From Octopus vulgaris (lineage: Eukaryota): a stretch of DNA of 64,000 nucleotides. Made by a program: the position numbers and the translations under genes. The notes under the pieces are model-generated. The model was not told the DNA's origin. It searched no databases and saw only the letters and a list, made by a program, of their open reading frames with translations. The stretch spans positions 62,620,001 to 62,684,000 of the forward strand of contig OX597828.1 of NCBI GenBank assembly GCA_951406725.2, written 5' to 3'. Shown here piece after piece: positions 14,301 through 25,850 of this stretch (its first letter is position 1; the number at the start of each line of letters is the position of its first letter).

Positions 14301-17180
14301 AGGGGAGGGAGACAGTGAATTATATGGACTCCATTACATGACTGGTACTTTATTATCCTTGGAAGAATAAAAGGCAAAAGTGACTTTGGCAGGATTTGAA
14401 CCAGTGCAAATATCACAAAACACTTTCCATCTCTCTCTCAACTCAGCAAAATCACCCCCTTAATAATAAAAATAATTAATGGTTTCAGATTTATACTCAA
14501 AGCCTGTAATTTTGACATTTAGTTGATAGCTTTGTCCTCCCACCCTCTCCCTAGTACTTCACTGGTACTTTATCATATTGACCCCAGAAATGATGAAAAG
14601 CAAAGTTGACGTTTGCAGGATTTGAACTCAGTGCCATATCACAGGACAGTCTTATGACTCTGCTAATTCTCTACTTAAATGATGACGATGATGATGTGGG
14701 GGGGGGTGATAAAGGAGAGTTTTCTTTTTTCATGTCACGGCTGGATTTGATCCTGTCACCAATACTTCTTCACACACAATTGCTAACCGTATTCTTCACA
14801 AGACAGGATTAAACACAGAAATTACCGTTTCCATAGAAAATTCCTTTTGTCATCAACTCGTATCAGCATGGAGTTGATATTTCAGTTGTTTTTGAATTAT
14901 CATTGAAGAAAATTTTCTCTTCACCTAATGAAAGAGCATGGCTAGGGCATTGTACTCAAGATTGTGAGATTGTGGTTTCAATTCCTTGACTAGGTGGTGC
15001 ATTGGGACATTCAGCAAAGCATTTCATATTGTTCCAGTTCATTCTGTTGTAAAATGAGTTACAGCAATGGCTGGGAAATTAACCATGTGAGAGACTAGCA
15101 TCCCATCCAGGGGTTGGGGAAGTGTTGTCACCTCAGTCACTTAAAAACCATAGTCTCAAGTTCAGCTGCAGTCTTATGATTCCTGAACCTCTCGATAGAC
15201 CTAAGTCTAAGTATGTCTCTACCAAGGGCTGTGTATGGGGGGGAGCAATCTAGTTTAGTTTCATTAAAAAGTGGCAGCCTGGCAGAACCATTAGCAAAAC
15301 ACGTTGTGCTGTGTCTTCCAGGTTGATATCTCACCGGTGTCAACTTTGCCTACCATCTCATGGATGGGAAGAGTCAATGAAATAAGGGAGCTCCCAAGTG
15401 CTGGAGTCAATGGTATTGACTAAAACTGCTGACCTCATGCCTAAACTGGAAGCATTATTATTATGAAAGCAGAATCATTACTGTGCCAGAAAAAAAAATA
15501 CTAAGCAATTTGCCCCCTATGTTCTGAGTCCAAGGAAGTGGGGTCAGTGTAATTGACCAGCCCCCAACCATCAAAATTTCAGGCCATGTGCCTATAATAG
15601 TCAAAAGAATCATCATCATCATCATTATTATTATTATTATTATCATTATATTATTAAGGCAGTGAAGTGACAGAATCATTAGCATACCAGGCAAAATGCT
15701 TTGCAGTGTTTATTCCAGATCTTTACATTCTGAGTTCAAATCTTTCTTTGGCTTTTGTCCTTTCGGGTTCCTTAAAATGAAATGATTGTCAAGAACTGGA
15801 TCTCATGCTGTCAATTTATCCCATCCCCTCAGAACTGCTAGCCTTGGGCCAAAATTTGAAATTATTATTATTATTCAAGGTGGCGAGCTGGCAGAATTGT
15901 TAGCACACCAGACAAAATGCGTTCCAAGTTCAAATTCCGCTGAGGTCAACTTTACCTTTCATCTTTTTGAGGTCAATTAAAAAAGTACCAGTTATGCACT
16001 GGGGTTGATGTAATCAACTTAATTTCTTCCACCAAATTTGAGACCTTGTGCTTCCAGTAGAAAGAATTATTATTATTATTGAAAGGCAGTGGATTGGCAA
16101 AGCTACTGAAACAATTGTTTTGACATTTCTGTTTTTTCCCATTCAGAGTTCAAATTCCGCCAGCGTCACCTTTGCCTTTCATTCCCATAGGGTCGATAAA
16201 ATAAGTACCAGTCACACACTGGGATCAATGTAATCAACTACCCAAAATTTTAGGCTTTGTGCCTATATTAGTAGAAAAAATTATTATTATCAAAATGGCA
16301 GATTGAACGCTTTTATAGAATTCCTGCCTTCTACTCTCTCAAATCAACTTTTATTTATTCTCGAGGGGTTGTGGGAGGGGATAATCAATGAAATAAATAC
16401 CAATCAACCCTCTGAGATCAATAAAGTACCAATGTATGAAAAACAGTACTTTATAACAGGCTAACCACACACACACACACTTGCCTTCAATTTGCTGGTT
16501 TTATGCCTGAATCAGAAACCATTATCGTTGTTATAGGGGTGAATTGCAGAGTCAGTAGAGTAACACACAAATTGCTTTGTGTTATATTTAGTGACCTCCT
16601 TTTAGATTCTCAGTTCAAATCGCACTGAAGTCAGTTTTACTTCCCAGCCTCCCAGGGTCGATAAAAGACAGGTACTTCTCTCAGTTCAACTGACTTCTCC
16701 ACTTAACCTGTAAACATTCATACTTAGGTTAAAAACTCTTATTAGAATAAAGATGGTGAGCTGATGGAATCATTTCTGCTGCACTGGACAGCAGATTTGT
16801 TTTCTCTCTCAATACATTCTAAGTTTAAATGCCACCAAGGTAAACTTTGCCTTTTATACTTTTGGGACCGATTAAGTACCAGTTGAGCATTGGGACTGAT
16901 GTGATCAACCTGTTTTCTTCCAAATTTCAAGCTTTCTGCCTACTTTAGAAATATTATTATTATTATTATTATTAATTACAATAAGATAGCAAGCTGGCAG
17001 AATCGTTAGCACGGTGGGCAAAAAATTCTTAGTGGCATTTCACCCATGTTTACACTGTGTTCAAATGCCACTGAGGTCAACTTTGCCTTTCATTTTTTTG
17101 GGGTCATTGTAATCTACCCCTAAAATTGCTGGCCTTGTGCCAAAATTTGAAACCAATATTATTATTATTATTATTATTAA
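9870..17180 (+). mobile_element. Cluster of roughly 15 decayed SINE copies with a Nin/Deu-domain-like core, separated by (ATT)n
   Basis: Recurring GGCAGTGAGCTGGCAGAA...TTCTGAGTTCAAATT...TTTGCCTTTCATC...GGGTCGATAAAATAAGTACCAG; copy number counted by eye. Confidence 0.75.
11226..11600. mobile_element. hAT (Charlie-like) MITE
   Basis: TIRs CAGTGTTTCTCAACC / GGTTGAGAAACGCTG; perfect 8-bp TSD CCTTAGAG at 11218-11225 and 11601-11608. Confidence 0.9.
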
Positions 17181-17823
17181 TTGCAATGACGGTGATATAC
17201 TGTTTTCAATTCTATTAAGAATGGTTCTCATATGACATCGCCATTTGCCTTTGGTAAAGGCATGACAGCCATCACAACAACCAATATCCCTCTCTACTCT
17301 AAGTATGATACTACAAGCCAACATACAAAAAAAAATCATTATTATTAATTTTATTATTATCATTAATGTTCTTTTGTTACCCTCATTATAATCATTAGTT
17401 GCTTATGTTCTCACCGCTATTTTTTCAGCTGGTTCACACGAGTCTATAAATACTTGTAAATACGTAGAAATTATACACCCAACACACACAAATATATATA
17501 TAATATACACACTTCCTATATTTCCATGTTAAAAAGATAAAAATCGATAAAGAAAACAAGCAAAAAATTGGAAAAGCATTTAAAAAACAGGTTAAAAATA
17601 TTGTATCAAACTTTCTACTTTAATATTTTGTCAACAATTGTTGATCAATTATTATTATTATTATTATTATTATATCTGTTTAATGTCAATCTAATGTAAT
17701 ACAGGCATGAAAATACATTTCATAGCTTTGAATACATTATCATTATTATTTTATATTATATATATATATTTACATTTTTTTCCTTTATTTTTTGCCTTTT
17801 AATTATTCGTTAAAATTATTTAC

Positions 17824-17829
17824 AATAAA
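17824..17829 (+). terminator. Candidate distal polyadenylation signal for SOBP
   Basis: AATAAA ending an AU-rich stretch without SINEs (about 17400-17830), followed by a T/GT-rich downstream tract. No transcript evidence. Confidence 0.35.
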
Positions 17830-18191
17830 GCTGATTCACAAATCTTATATTTAAATTACATTTTGTGATTTTCGTTTATTTTTTATTTTTTTCTTTCATT
17901 TCAAATATTTTCTACCTCATCTCTGAATGTTCAACTTAACATTAACCAATAAGCCACTATGTGGTGAGCTAACATGCTAGAAACAGCAGCCAATTTTCCC
18001 TCAAACCTTATTTGATGATAAATTCCTACATATGCCTAAATAAAATATGAGAATGTTCAAAGCTGAAATACTCTTCATCATAGATGTCTGATGGATCAGA
18101 ACAGATATGCAGTTAAAAACAGATAAATAAAAGTCTGGCTCTATGGATTATATATAATCTATAGATTATGTGAAATGACAAATATCATAGA

Positions 18192-18547
18192 ATGAAGTCA
18201 GCAACTCCTTCTAATACATCGTTTACAATTGTTTCATCATTATTCAATGTAACCAATTTTGTGTAATGTAAGCATGTCAGCAAGTATTTATTAATTCCCA
18301 TGTGCTATGTGGGATTTCTTTTATAGCGTATGTAGGAAATGACTCCTCAGAACAAAATAATATGCACAACACTTTTTATTAGGTTCTGAGAAATTGTTTC
18401 CTACATATGCTACAAAAGATATCTTGCACAACTTTTGGAAATTAATCAATACTTGCCAACATCCCTATGACATTATGCAAGATTGGTTGCATAGAATAAT
18501 GACGAAACAATCATAAACGATGTATTAAAATGTGTTAATGACTCCAT
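18192..18547. mobile_element. Fold-back element / long imperfect palindrome
   Basis: Arms pair along nearly the whole length around a short loop near 18360-18375. Confidence 0.7.
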
Positions 18548-20344
18548 TTATATGTTTTTTGTATGGATATAGTGGAATAAATGTAAACGAGTGTCACCAC
18601 CATACAAGCAATGTTATTCATTTCTAATCTACCATATAAACAAGTCCAACAATGACGAAAATATACCTTGCTTGGAAACAGGTGAGGGAACACAAGAAGG
18701 ACCCTCAGCTGCAGAAATATTTGCCTCAATGAATTCCATCTGACCCATGCAGGCATGAAAAAGTAGATGTTAAAACGATGATAATGGTATTACCTTTGAC
18801 TGGCCGTTTGAGTGTTGAAATAACAGTATCTGTTCCAGTATTTTCAGTTCAAACTCCATGTTGGTCAACTTGCTCTTTTGGCCTTTCAAGATTGATAAAT
18901 AAAGTACAGAAGTTCAAGACAGTGGTTTGGCAGAACTTTAGAGCATTGCACAAGATGCCCTGCAGCATCTGTTTTGACTGTATATGTTCTGAGTTCAAAT
19001 CATACCTGCCACATGGGGAAAAAAAAAAGATTTCTTCAAAGCCTGACAGAAAATGGAAGTAGATTTGAGAATTCTCTAGGGGCCCGAATACTCTAGCAGA
19101 TCCCTTTTCATGCCTGTACACCAACCAGTTGACGAGAATGCAAAGGGATGTTCAAATTCTAGGCTCAATGAAAGATGTTCTTTTACTTGTTTCAGTCATT
19201 TGACTGCGGCCATGCTGGAGCACCACCTTAAAGGGTTCTTTTAGCCAAAGAAATCAATCGCAGCCTCTTTTGCTGATCCGCTAAGTTACGGGGACATAAA
19301 TACAGTAACATTGGTTGTCAAGTGATGGCGGGGGACAAACACAAAGACACCCACACATACACATATATATCCAGGCTTCTTTCAGTTTCCATCTACCAGA
19401 TCCACTCGCAAGGCTTTGGTCGGCTCGAGGCTATAGTAGAAGACACTTGCCCAATGTGCCACGCCGGAGAACTGAACCCAGAACTATGTGGTTGGGAAGT
19501 AAGCTTCTTACCCACCAGTCATGCCTGTGCCTATTTTCTTATGCTAGAGTACCACCTTGATGGTTTCAGTCGAACAAATCTACCCCAGGACTTATTTCTT
19601 TATATATAAGACTGGAACACGATTACAAGCGTTCCAGTTGATCTAATGTGCAAGTGGCTGAGTACTCCACAGACACACACGTGTACCCTTTACGTAGTTC
19701 TCGGGGATTTTGAACATGACACAGAATTGAATTTTGAACATGAATTACAGGTATAACTCATTTTTACCAGCTGAGTAGACTGGAGAAATGTGGAGTAAAG
19801 TGTCTTGCTCAAAGACACAACACACCGTTGGATATCAAACTCACAACCTTACAATCTTGTGTCAAAGACCCAAACCACTAAGCCATGATTATTGCCATCA
19901 TCATTTAACATTCATTCCCTATGTTGATATGACTGAACAATTGGACAGGAATCAGCGGGCCGCAGGCCAATGCCAATCCCCAGTCTAGTATCATTTCCGT
20001 GGCTGGATGCTCTTACCAACCACTTTACAGAGTGCACTGGGTGCATTTTTCGTGCCATTGGAAAACATAATGGCAAGATATTATAATCGCCGTAAATGTA
20101 AAGAATTTCTGGAACTCTTCTATTCCTGAATTATTAACGAGAGAATAATAATCGTTTATTGGGTCGACAGGGAATGCATGACCATCACATTGATATCCCT
20201 CCGCCCCAAAGGAAAACATTTTTTCAAGTCAACAATTGATCAGGCCAATGTTGATCTTCGATTTCTGAAGCACTGAATGAATCAGTGATGATTCTCAATT
20301 GGGATAGAATAATTGTATATTAATTATTTCATGTAATAAAAGGA

Positions 20345-20660
20345 TCACAACACTCCGTCGGTTACAATGACAAGGGTCCCAGTTGATCTGATCAGCCTGC
20401 TCGTGAAATTAACGTGCAAGTGGCTAAGCACTCCACAGACACGTGTGCCCTTAACATAGTTCTCAGGGAGATTCAGCATGGCTAGGCAGGCCCTTTGAAA
20501 TATAGGTACAACAGAAACAGGTGAAAGAGTACAGCAGGGTTCGCCACCACCCCCTGCCGGAGCCTCAGGTGTTTTCGCTCAATAAACACTCACAACGCCC
20601 GGTCTAGGAAATCGAAACTGCGAGTCCGCTGCCCTAACCACTGGGCCATTGCGCCTCCAC
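20345..20660 (-). mobile_element. tRNA-derived SINE(s); related copies at 47094-47376 (-), 61697-61985 (+), 5500-5810 (-)
   Basis: Head GGAGGCGCAATGGCCCAGTGGTTAG with shared body GTGAGTGTTTATTGAGCGAAA. Confidence 0.75.
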
Positions 20661-22414
20661 AATAAAGGAATAATATAGCGAGATAGTGATTGGTTCTGCA
20701 GTGGAAGTGATAGACGGTGGTAGTACACAAGGGAGATTACTCCGCAATTATTTAAAGGGAGATAATTCATTTGAAATGTTAAGCTTTGTTTTTTGTGTTT
20801 TTGTTATGCTTCAAACGTAGAATACTTACATTGTAATATTCATTTTGCTTCACCCAACTTGACCAACAAGAGGAGTTGATGTCAGAATCCAACGTTTAAA
20901 GGATTTTATGAGCCGGAACGTTTACACCTTACCTATGGCAGGTCGCCAGTGCTGGCCAAATCTCTGCCCATCACCTTCCCATCCTGGTTTCCAGCTTAGA
21001 TTGTTTTCCCCGTCTCCATTAACAAATTGACCTTTCTTTTTCCACTCTTTCTCTTTCATCTCGTCAATGACTGTCTTTCTCTCTCTTTTTGCCATTCTAG
21101 GCAATAACCGTATCAGCCATCATTACCTTTTCCCCTTATAGATTGGCAAATGGTTCTCTTAGTTGGCACTCTTCTCTATAAAGAACTGACAGCATTCTTC
21201 TTTCCAAGAGACTCTGGCATCAAGATTACCTTTGCGTTTTCACATGACAGAATCTCGTCCAGCAGATTCGGCTCCTCTGTAGTAAATTCCAGCCACAATC
21301 GAAGGTTTCTTTTCCCCTCCCCGACTGATGGCATTAGTTAACTTTTGGTTGGTGTCGCTTGCCTTTCTTCTGTCCCAAGAAGGTTGTTGAGTGACATCAG
21401 CACCATCAGTGCCTCCCTTAAGTTAGACAACTCGACAGAATTGGCACCATGAATCCCTTTCTCCCCACAAAGCCAATACGCCCCTCATTCACCTCGTGGT
21501 GCAGATTTATTGGTGCTGGGAGCATGTCCCTTGCAGCTGGAAGGAGACCCAGAAAGGCTCCAATGTCAATAGGACAATGTAGATCTAATTGGTCCAGGCT
21601 CTCTGAGATACTCGCTCTACAGTCTTGATCTTCATCTTTGTGTCTGGCAGGAAGTCACTAGGAGGCAAATAGTTACCATCGTGCTTTCCCGTGACATCTG
21701 AGACTAAAAGAAGGAAATTAGAGACATGTCCAGAATGCTTGCTGTGGACTCTGATGAAGGATGTTGAGTGATAACTGGCATATTAAAGCAGGCAATAGAT
21801 TAAGTCTAGCATAAAAATCATGAGAGGTCCTTAAAAAGGGCCTTCACAGGATTTATCACTACCAATTTTATTCCGCCATTGATATTTCCAGGGCGAACAT
21901 TACCAGATGATAAAAGAAAAACCACAAATTACATGATAGAAGGGACCAAAACCAAGCAGACGAGTTGTGGGTCGGGTGTTTGTGTTTTGGAAATAAGGAT
22001 GGTTGCTAGAAATGACAAGCAAACGGTTATGGACTTATATTTAGATGTGGAATATAGCTACATTTGAATATAATCCTCAATATTGTCACTGTTTAAACAA
22101 AGCAGCTAAATTTCCAACAAATCAGACCATCTTGAAAAAGAGGCACACATTGGATTATGTATTCCAAGAGATACTACGTCTAAACAAAATATGGATGGTC
22201 ACAAGAGGATCATCTTGGACAATAGGTTTATAGGACTGGTCAAACAATATAAATTATAAAAATATTCTTTGACCAGTTTGTTTTGATGTAAGAATTCAAG
22301 GGGTATTACGAAAATGTTTCTTGTTATCCTCTCCTGGCCAATAAAACTATTTGAGTTTAATCACCATCATCATTTAACGTCTGCTTTCCATGCTAGCATA
22401 GGTTAATGAACCTA

Positions 22415-23790
22415 ATGTAGCCAGTGTTCAGGTGCACCACAGCTCATCAGAGAAGGTCGTGAAAAGTACATGAACAGTTGATAGAAAAGTGCAGAGAACG
22501 AGAGACAAGAAAGTGAACAGTGAATGAGTCATTAAAAAGAAAAGGAACATCCTGTGTGGTGCTGGTGAATTTTGGGAAGCATGGAAGAAGTTTTGAAGGA
22601 TACAGTGTACCCTGACAGGTAACAACTAATGCAGGGAGTTTATTCCATGCTTCTGCAATACTAAGCATGAAATAATAATGCTTCCAAAAGTCATTGGTCC
22701 TGAACTATTTTTTGTGATTTTCTAAGCATGACCATGGGTGCTGGACAAAACATATGGAATTCAAAAAGGTTCCCAAGGTTGTTGTGGGAAAGATGGTGGA
22801 TAATCTTGTGGGTGTCTACCAAGTCAGTTGCCAGACATCAGAGCTTTAATGCGATTGTGCCCAGGGAAGCAAGACATTCAGAGTTTGATGGATGCCTGAT
22901 TGCACATTTCTGAACAGTTTCCAAGAGAGTGATGTCCTGACCAAGACTGGTGATGCCAACTTTAATGTGGACATACCACAGCCATATACAGCTTTAAATA
23001 GAAATGTGGAGAGTGGCTGACAAAAGTCTTATTGAATAATGCTAAGACATCCTCAGCCTTCTTGACAAATTTAGAAATGTGGTTTGCCCAATGCAGATCA
23101 CTGCTGACAATGGATGCCTAGGTCCTGTTCACTAGCAGACTTCTAAAGAAAAGCTTTTACATATTTCCTCCAGAAATATGTAAAAGCTGAGTTTTTCCTT
23201 CCAAAATGCACGGTGACACACTTGTTCACAGCCAGCTTCAGTTGCCAGTCAGTAATCCAGGTCTAATTGCAGGAAAGAGCCAAAGCATATAGGATCTGTT
23301 TCTTTTATCTCAAGGAACAACTTGATGTCATCTGTGAATATATCAACACTGTAACATTCTTGGCATCTGTGTTATATGCAACAAACAACAGGGACCCAAG
23401 AACAGATCCCTGTGATGCACCAGACATCATCTCACAGGGTGAAGATTGATATCCTAGAACCATGACTACCTCTTTACATCTGAGAATGAAGGACTTCAAC
23501 CAGATATAAAGACCATCTCTCATTTGTGTGGCACAGAATTGAAGTCTTTAGCAAAGTCCAGAGAGAGAACCTCCATCCATGAGCTGCCATCAGTGATTCA
23601 GTTGTCTTCAAAAACTCAATGAGTTGACCACAGCAGCTAGAGTGAGAGAGAAATCCAAATTGTGAGGCTCAAATAAGGTTGTGTGAGTTCTAGAAATTCA
23701 AGAGTGTTTCTCTGAAACAGGATTCCATCAGTTTGGCAATGCAGCTACTATAACTGACCGGATGGGAGTTGGACAAATGATGCACAATCA
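22415..23790 (-). mobile_element. Decayed CR1/L2-group LINE (RT fragment plus 3' end); a near-identical 3' end lies at 46850-46985
   Basis: SGASQGSVLGSLLFVAY RT motif and AWNKLP motif; multiple stops and frameshifts. Confidence 0.75.
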
Positions 23791-23829
23791 CTGTTTTTGA
23801 ACTTCTCCACCACCCAACCATGCAACCAT

Positions 23830-24572
23830 ATTTTGCCTGAGGGCTGGTGAACCAGATGGCTGCATCAGGCTCCAATCTTGATCTGGCAGAGTTTCTACAG
23901 CTGGATGCCCTTCCTAACACCAACCACTCCGAGAGTGTGGTGGGTGCTTTTACGTGCCACCGGCATGGGGGCCAGTCAGGCGGTACTGGCAACGACCTCG
24001 CTCAAATCTTTTTACACATGCCACCGGCACAGGTGCCAGTAAGGCGATGCTGGTAACAATCGCGCTCGAATGGTGCCTTTTACATGCCACTGGCACGGAA
24101 GCGAGTTAATCGCTCTGGCAACGATCACACTCGGATGGTGCTCATAGCACCCTACTAGCACGAGGCACAAGTGCCAGTAAGGCAACACTGGTAACGATCA
24201 CACTCGAATGGTGCCTTTTACATGCCACCGGAACGGAAGCGAGTTAATCGCTCTGTCAACGATCACACTTGTATGGTGCTCTTTGCACCCCGCTAGCACA
24301 GGTGCCAGTCATCGAATTTCACTAGCCTCAACAGGTCTTCACAAGCAGAGTTTAGTGTCCAAAGAAGGAAAAGGTACACATACGTGGGCTGGTTACGCCC
24401 CTGGCATAGGCCACGAGGTTATGGTCTCATTTCACTTGCTGGGTCTTCTCAAACACAGCATATTTCCAAAAGTCTCGGTCACTAGTCATTTCCTTGGTGA
24501 GGCCTAAAGTTCGAAGGTCGTGCTTCACCACTTCATCCCAGGTCTTCCTGGGTCTACCTCTTCCACAGGTTC
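23830..24572 (-). mobile_element. RTE-clade LINE 3' fragment with tandemly repeated 3'UTR; shorter copies at 27445-27790 (-), 31820-32075 (-), 40260-40630 (+), 41300-41680 (+), 56720-56926 (+)
   Basis: C-terminal peptide GRGRPRKTWDEVVKHDLRTLGLTKEMTSDR; UTR repeats of TTTTAC(A/G)TGCCACCGGCAC; (ATG)n tails in intact copies. Confidence 0.75.
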
Positions 24573-24958
24573 ATTATTATATATATATATATATATATAT
24601 ATAAACATACACACATACACCACCACAAAATATAAATGATTAAAAACAAACTTCTGTACAGCTTTAAATTTAATGTCTTTTTTTTTTGTTGTTTTTTTAG
24701 AAAGATGTCCCCACCCCACCCCCCACTAAAGCCCACACCCACCCCCTCCACTAATGCCAAGAGGTTTTGTGTAGTTTCACGGCCATTTGTAACTGCAGCT
24801 TTACTGTGTGATACCCAACTGGACAGAAACAAAAGGTTCGTGGATGACCAGTACAGGCTGGATACAGTAATGTCCGGCACCGGTCAATGGTGGATGGAGA
24901 GAGGGCTGGACCAGACTCAACCGGAAATATAACTACAATGGTAGAATGGTAAGTGGTA

Positions 24959-25004
24959 TCACAAGAACACGAAGCCAATGCCAAACTGAAGACCAGGGTT
25001 GACA
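24959..25004 (-). CDS. SAMM50: SAMM50 exon 14, terminal ([14 protein letters not shown])
   Basis: Long polypyrimidine tract plus cag; 46 coding nt ending in TGA. A possible ATTAAA poly(A) signal lies at about 24669-24674 on the minus strand. Confidence 0.94.
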
Positions 25005-25819
25005 CTGAAGAAGAAAAAGAAAATGAAATAAAAACAAGAAATAAGATGGACAGGAGAAAGAGAGAGAAGACAAGAAGGAACAGAGTGAAGACACACACGC
25101 ACATTTAAGAATGTAAAAACAGAGTTCTCAACACTGAAGGTAGAGTTATTTAGTAAATTCATAGGAAACTGAAGAGTTCAGTAAGAAATGTTATTGTTTG
25201 TGTTGTTTTGTTATTGTGTTGTTGATTGGAAATAAGAAGCTGAGTGCTTTGGTGAGTTGTGAAGTTTTCACCATCCAATGTAGGCACAAAATGTATTTAT
25301 GCTATACATAAGACAGAATCCCAAACAAAAGAGAAATTGCTGTGGGAAGAGAAAAATCCAAAGTTTTGGACAGAGGCCTTTTCCAAGGAAAAGTCAACAG
25401 GAGAGAAAAATAAAGAGAGACACAGCAGAATTGCAACAAGTTGCTAGAAAATTCTGCTGTCTCTCTCTCTCTCTCTCTCTCTCTAATCTCTCTTTTGTCA
25501 ACTTTTTATTAAAGAAAGATTCTGTTTGAAACAATGGATTTTCTTCTTCCTTTGGCAAATTCATTTTCTTCATCAATTTTAATTATAAATTATGTCTGAA
25601 TGTTATACATATGAGGGGATGCTGAAAAGTTGCTGGCTTTAAGGGTATCATGAAAGGCCTGGGTGGAGGCCCACCTTCCCAAGTTCTTTTAAAAACTGAA
25701 GGACTGCTGCAATGAGTGTGTGAATCTGAGAGGGGAATATGTTGAATAAAATCATAATTAATTGATCCTCCTGTATTTTCATTTACCCCAAACTAGGGAC
25801 AGTCCAGCCCCACCCTCTC

Positions 25820-25850
<31 letters not shown>

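Noticed and set aside
23945-24310. Repeat-spacer-like array (TTTTACATGCCACCGGCAC units)
   Set aside because: Not CRISPR: eukaryotic, no cas genes, and the spacers are themselves repeated; it is the tandem 3'UTR of an RTE LINE.
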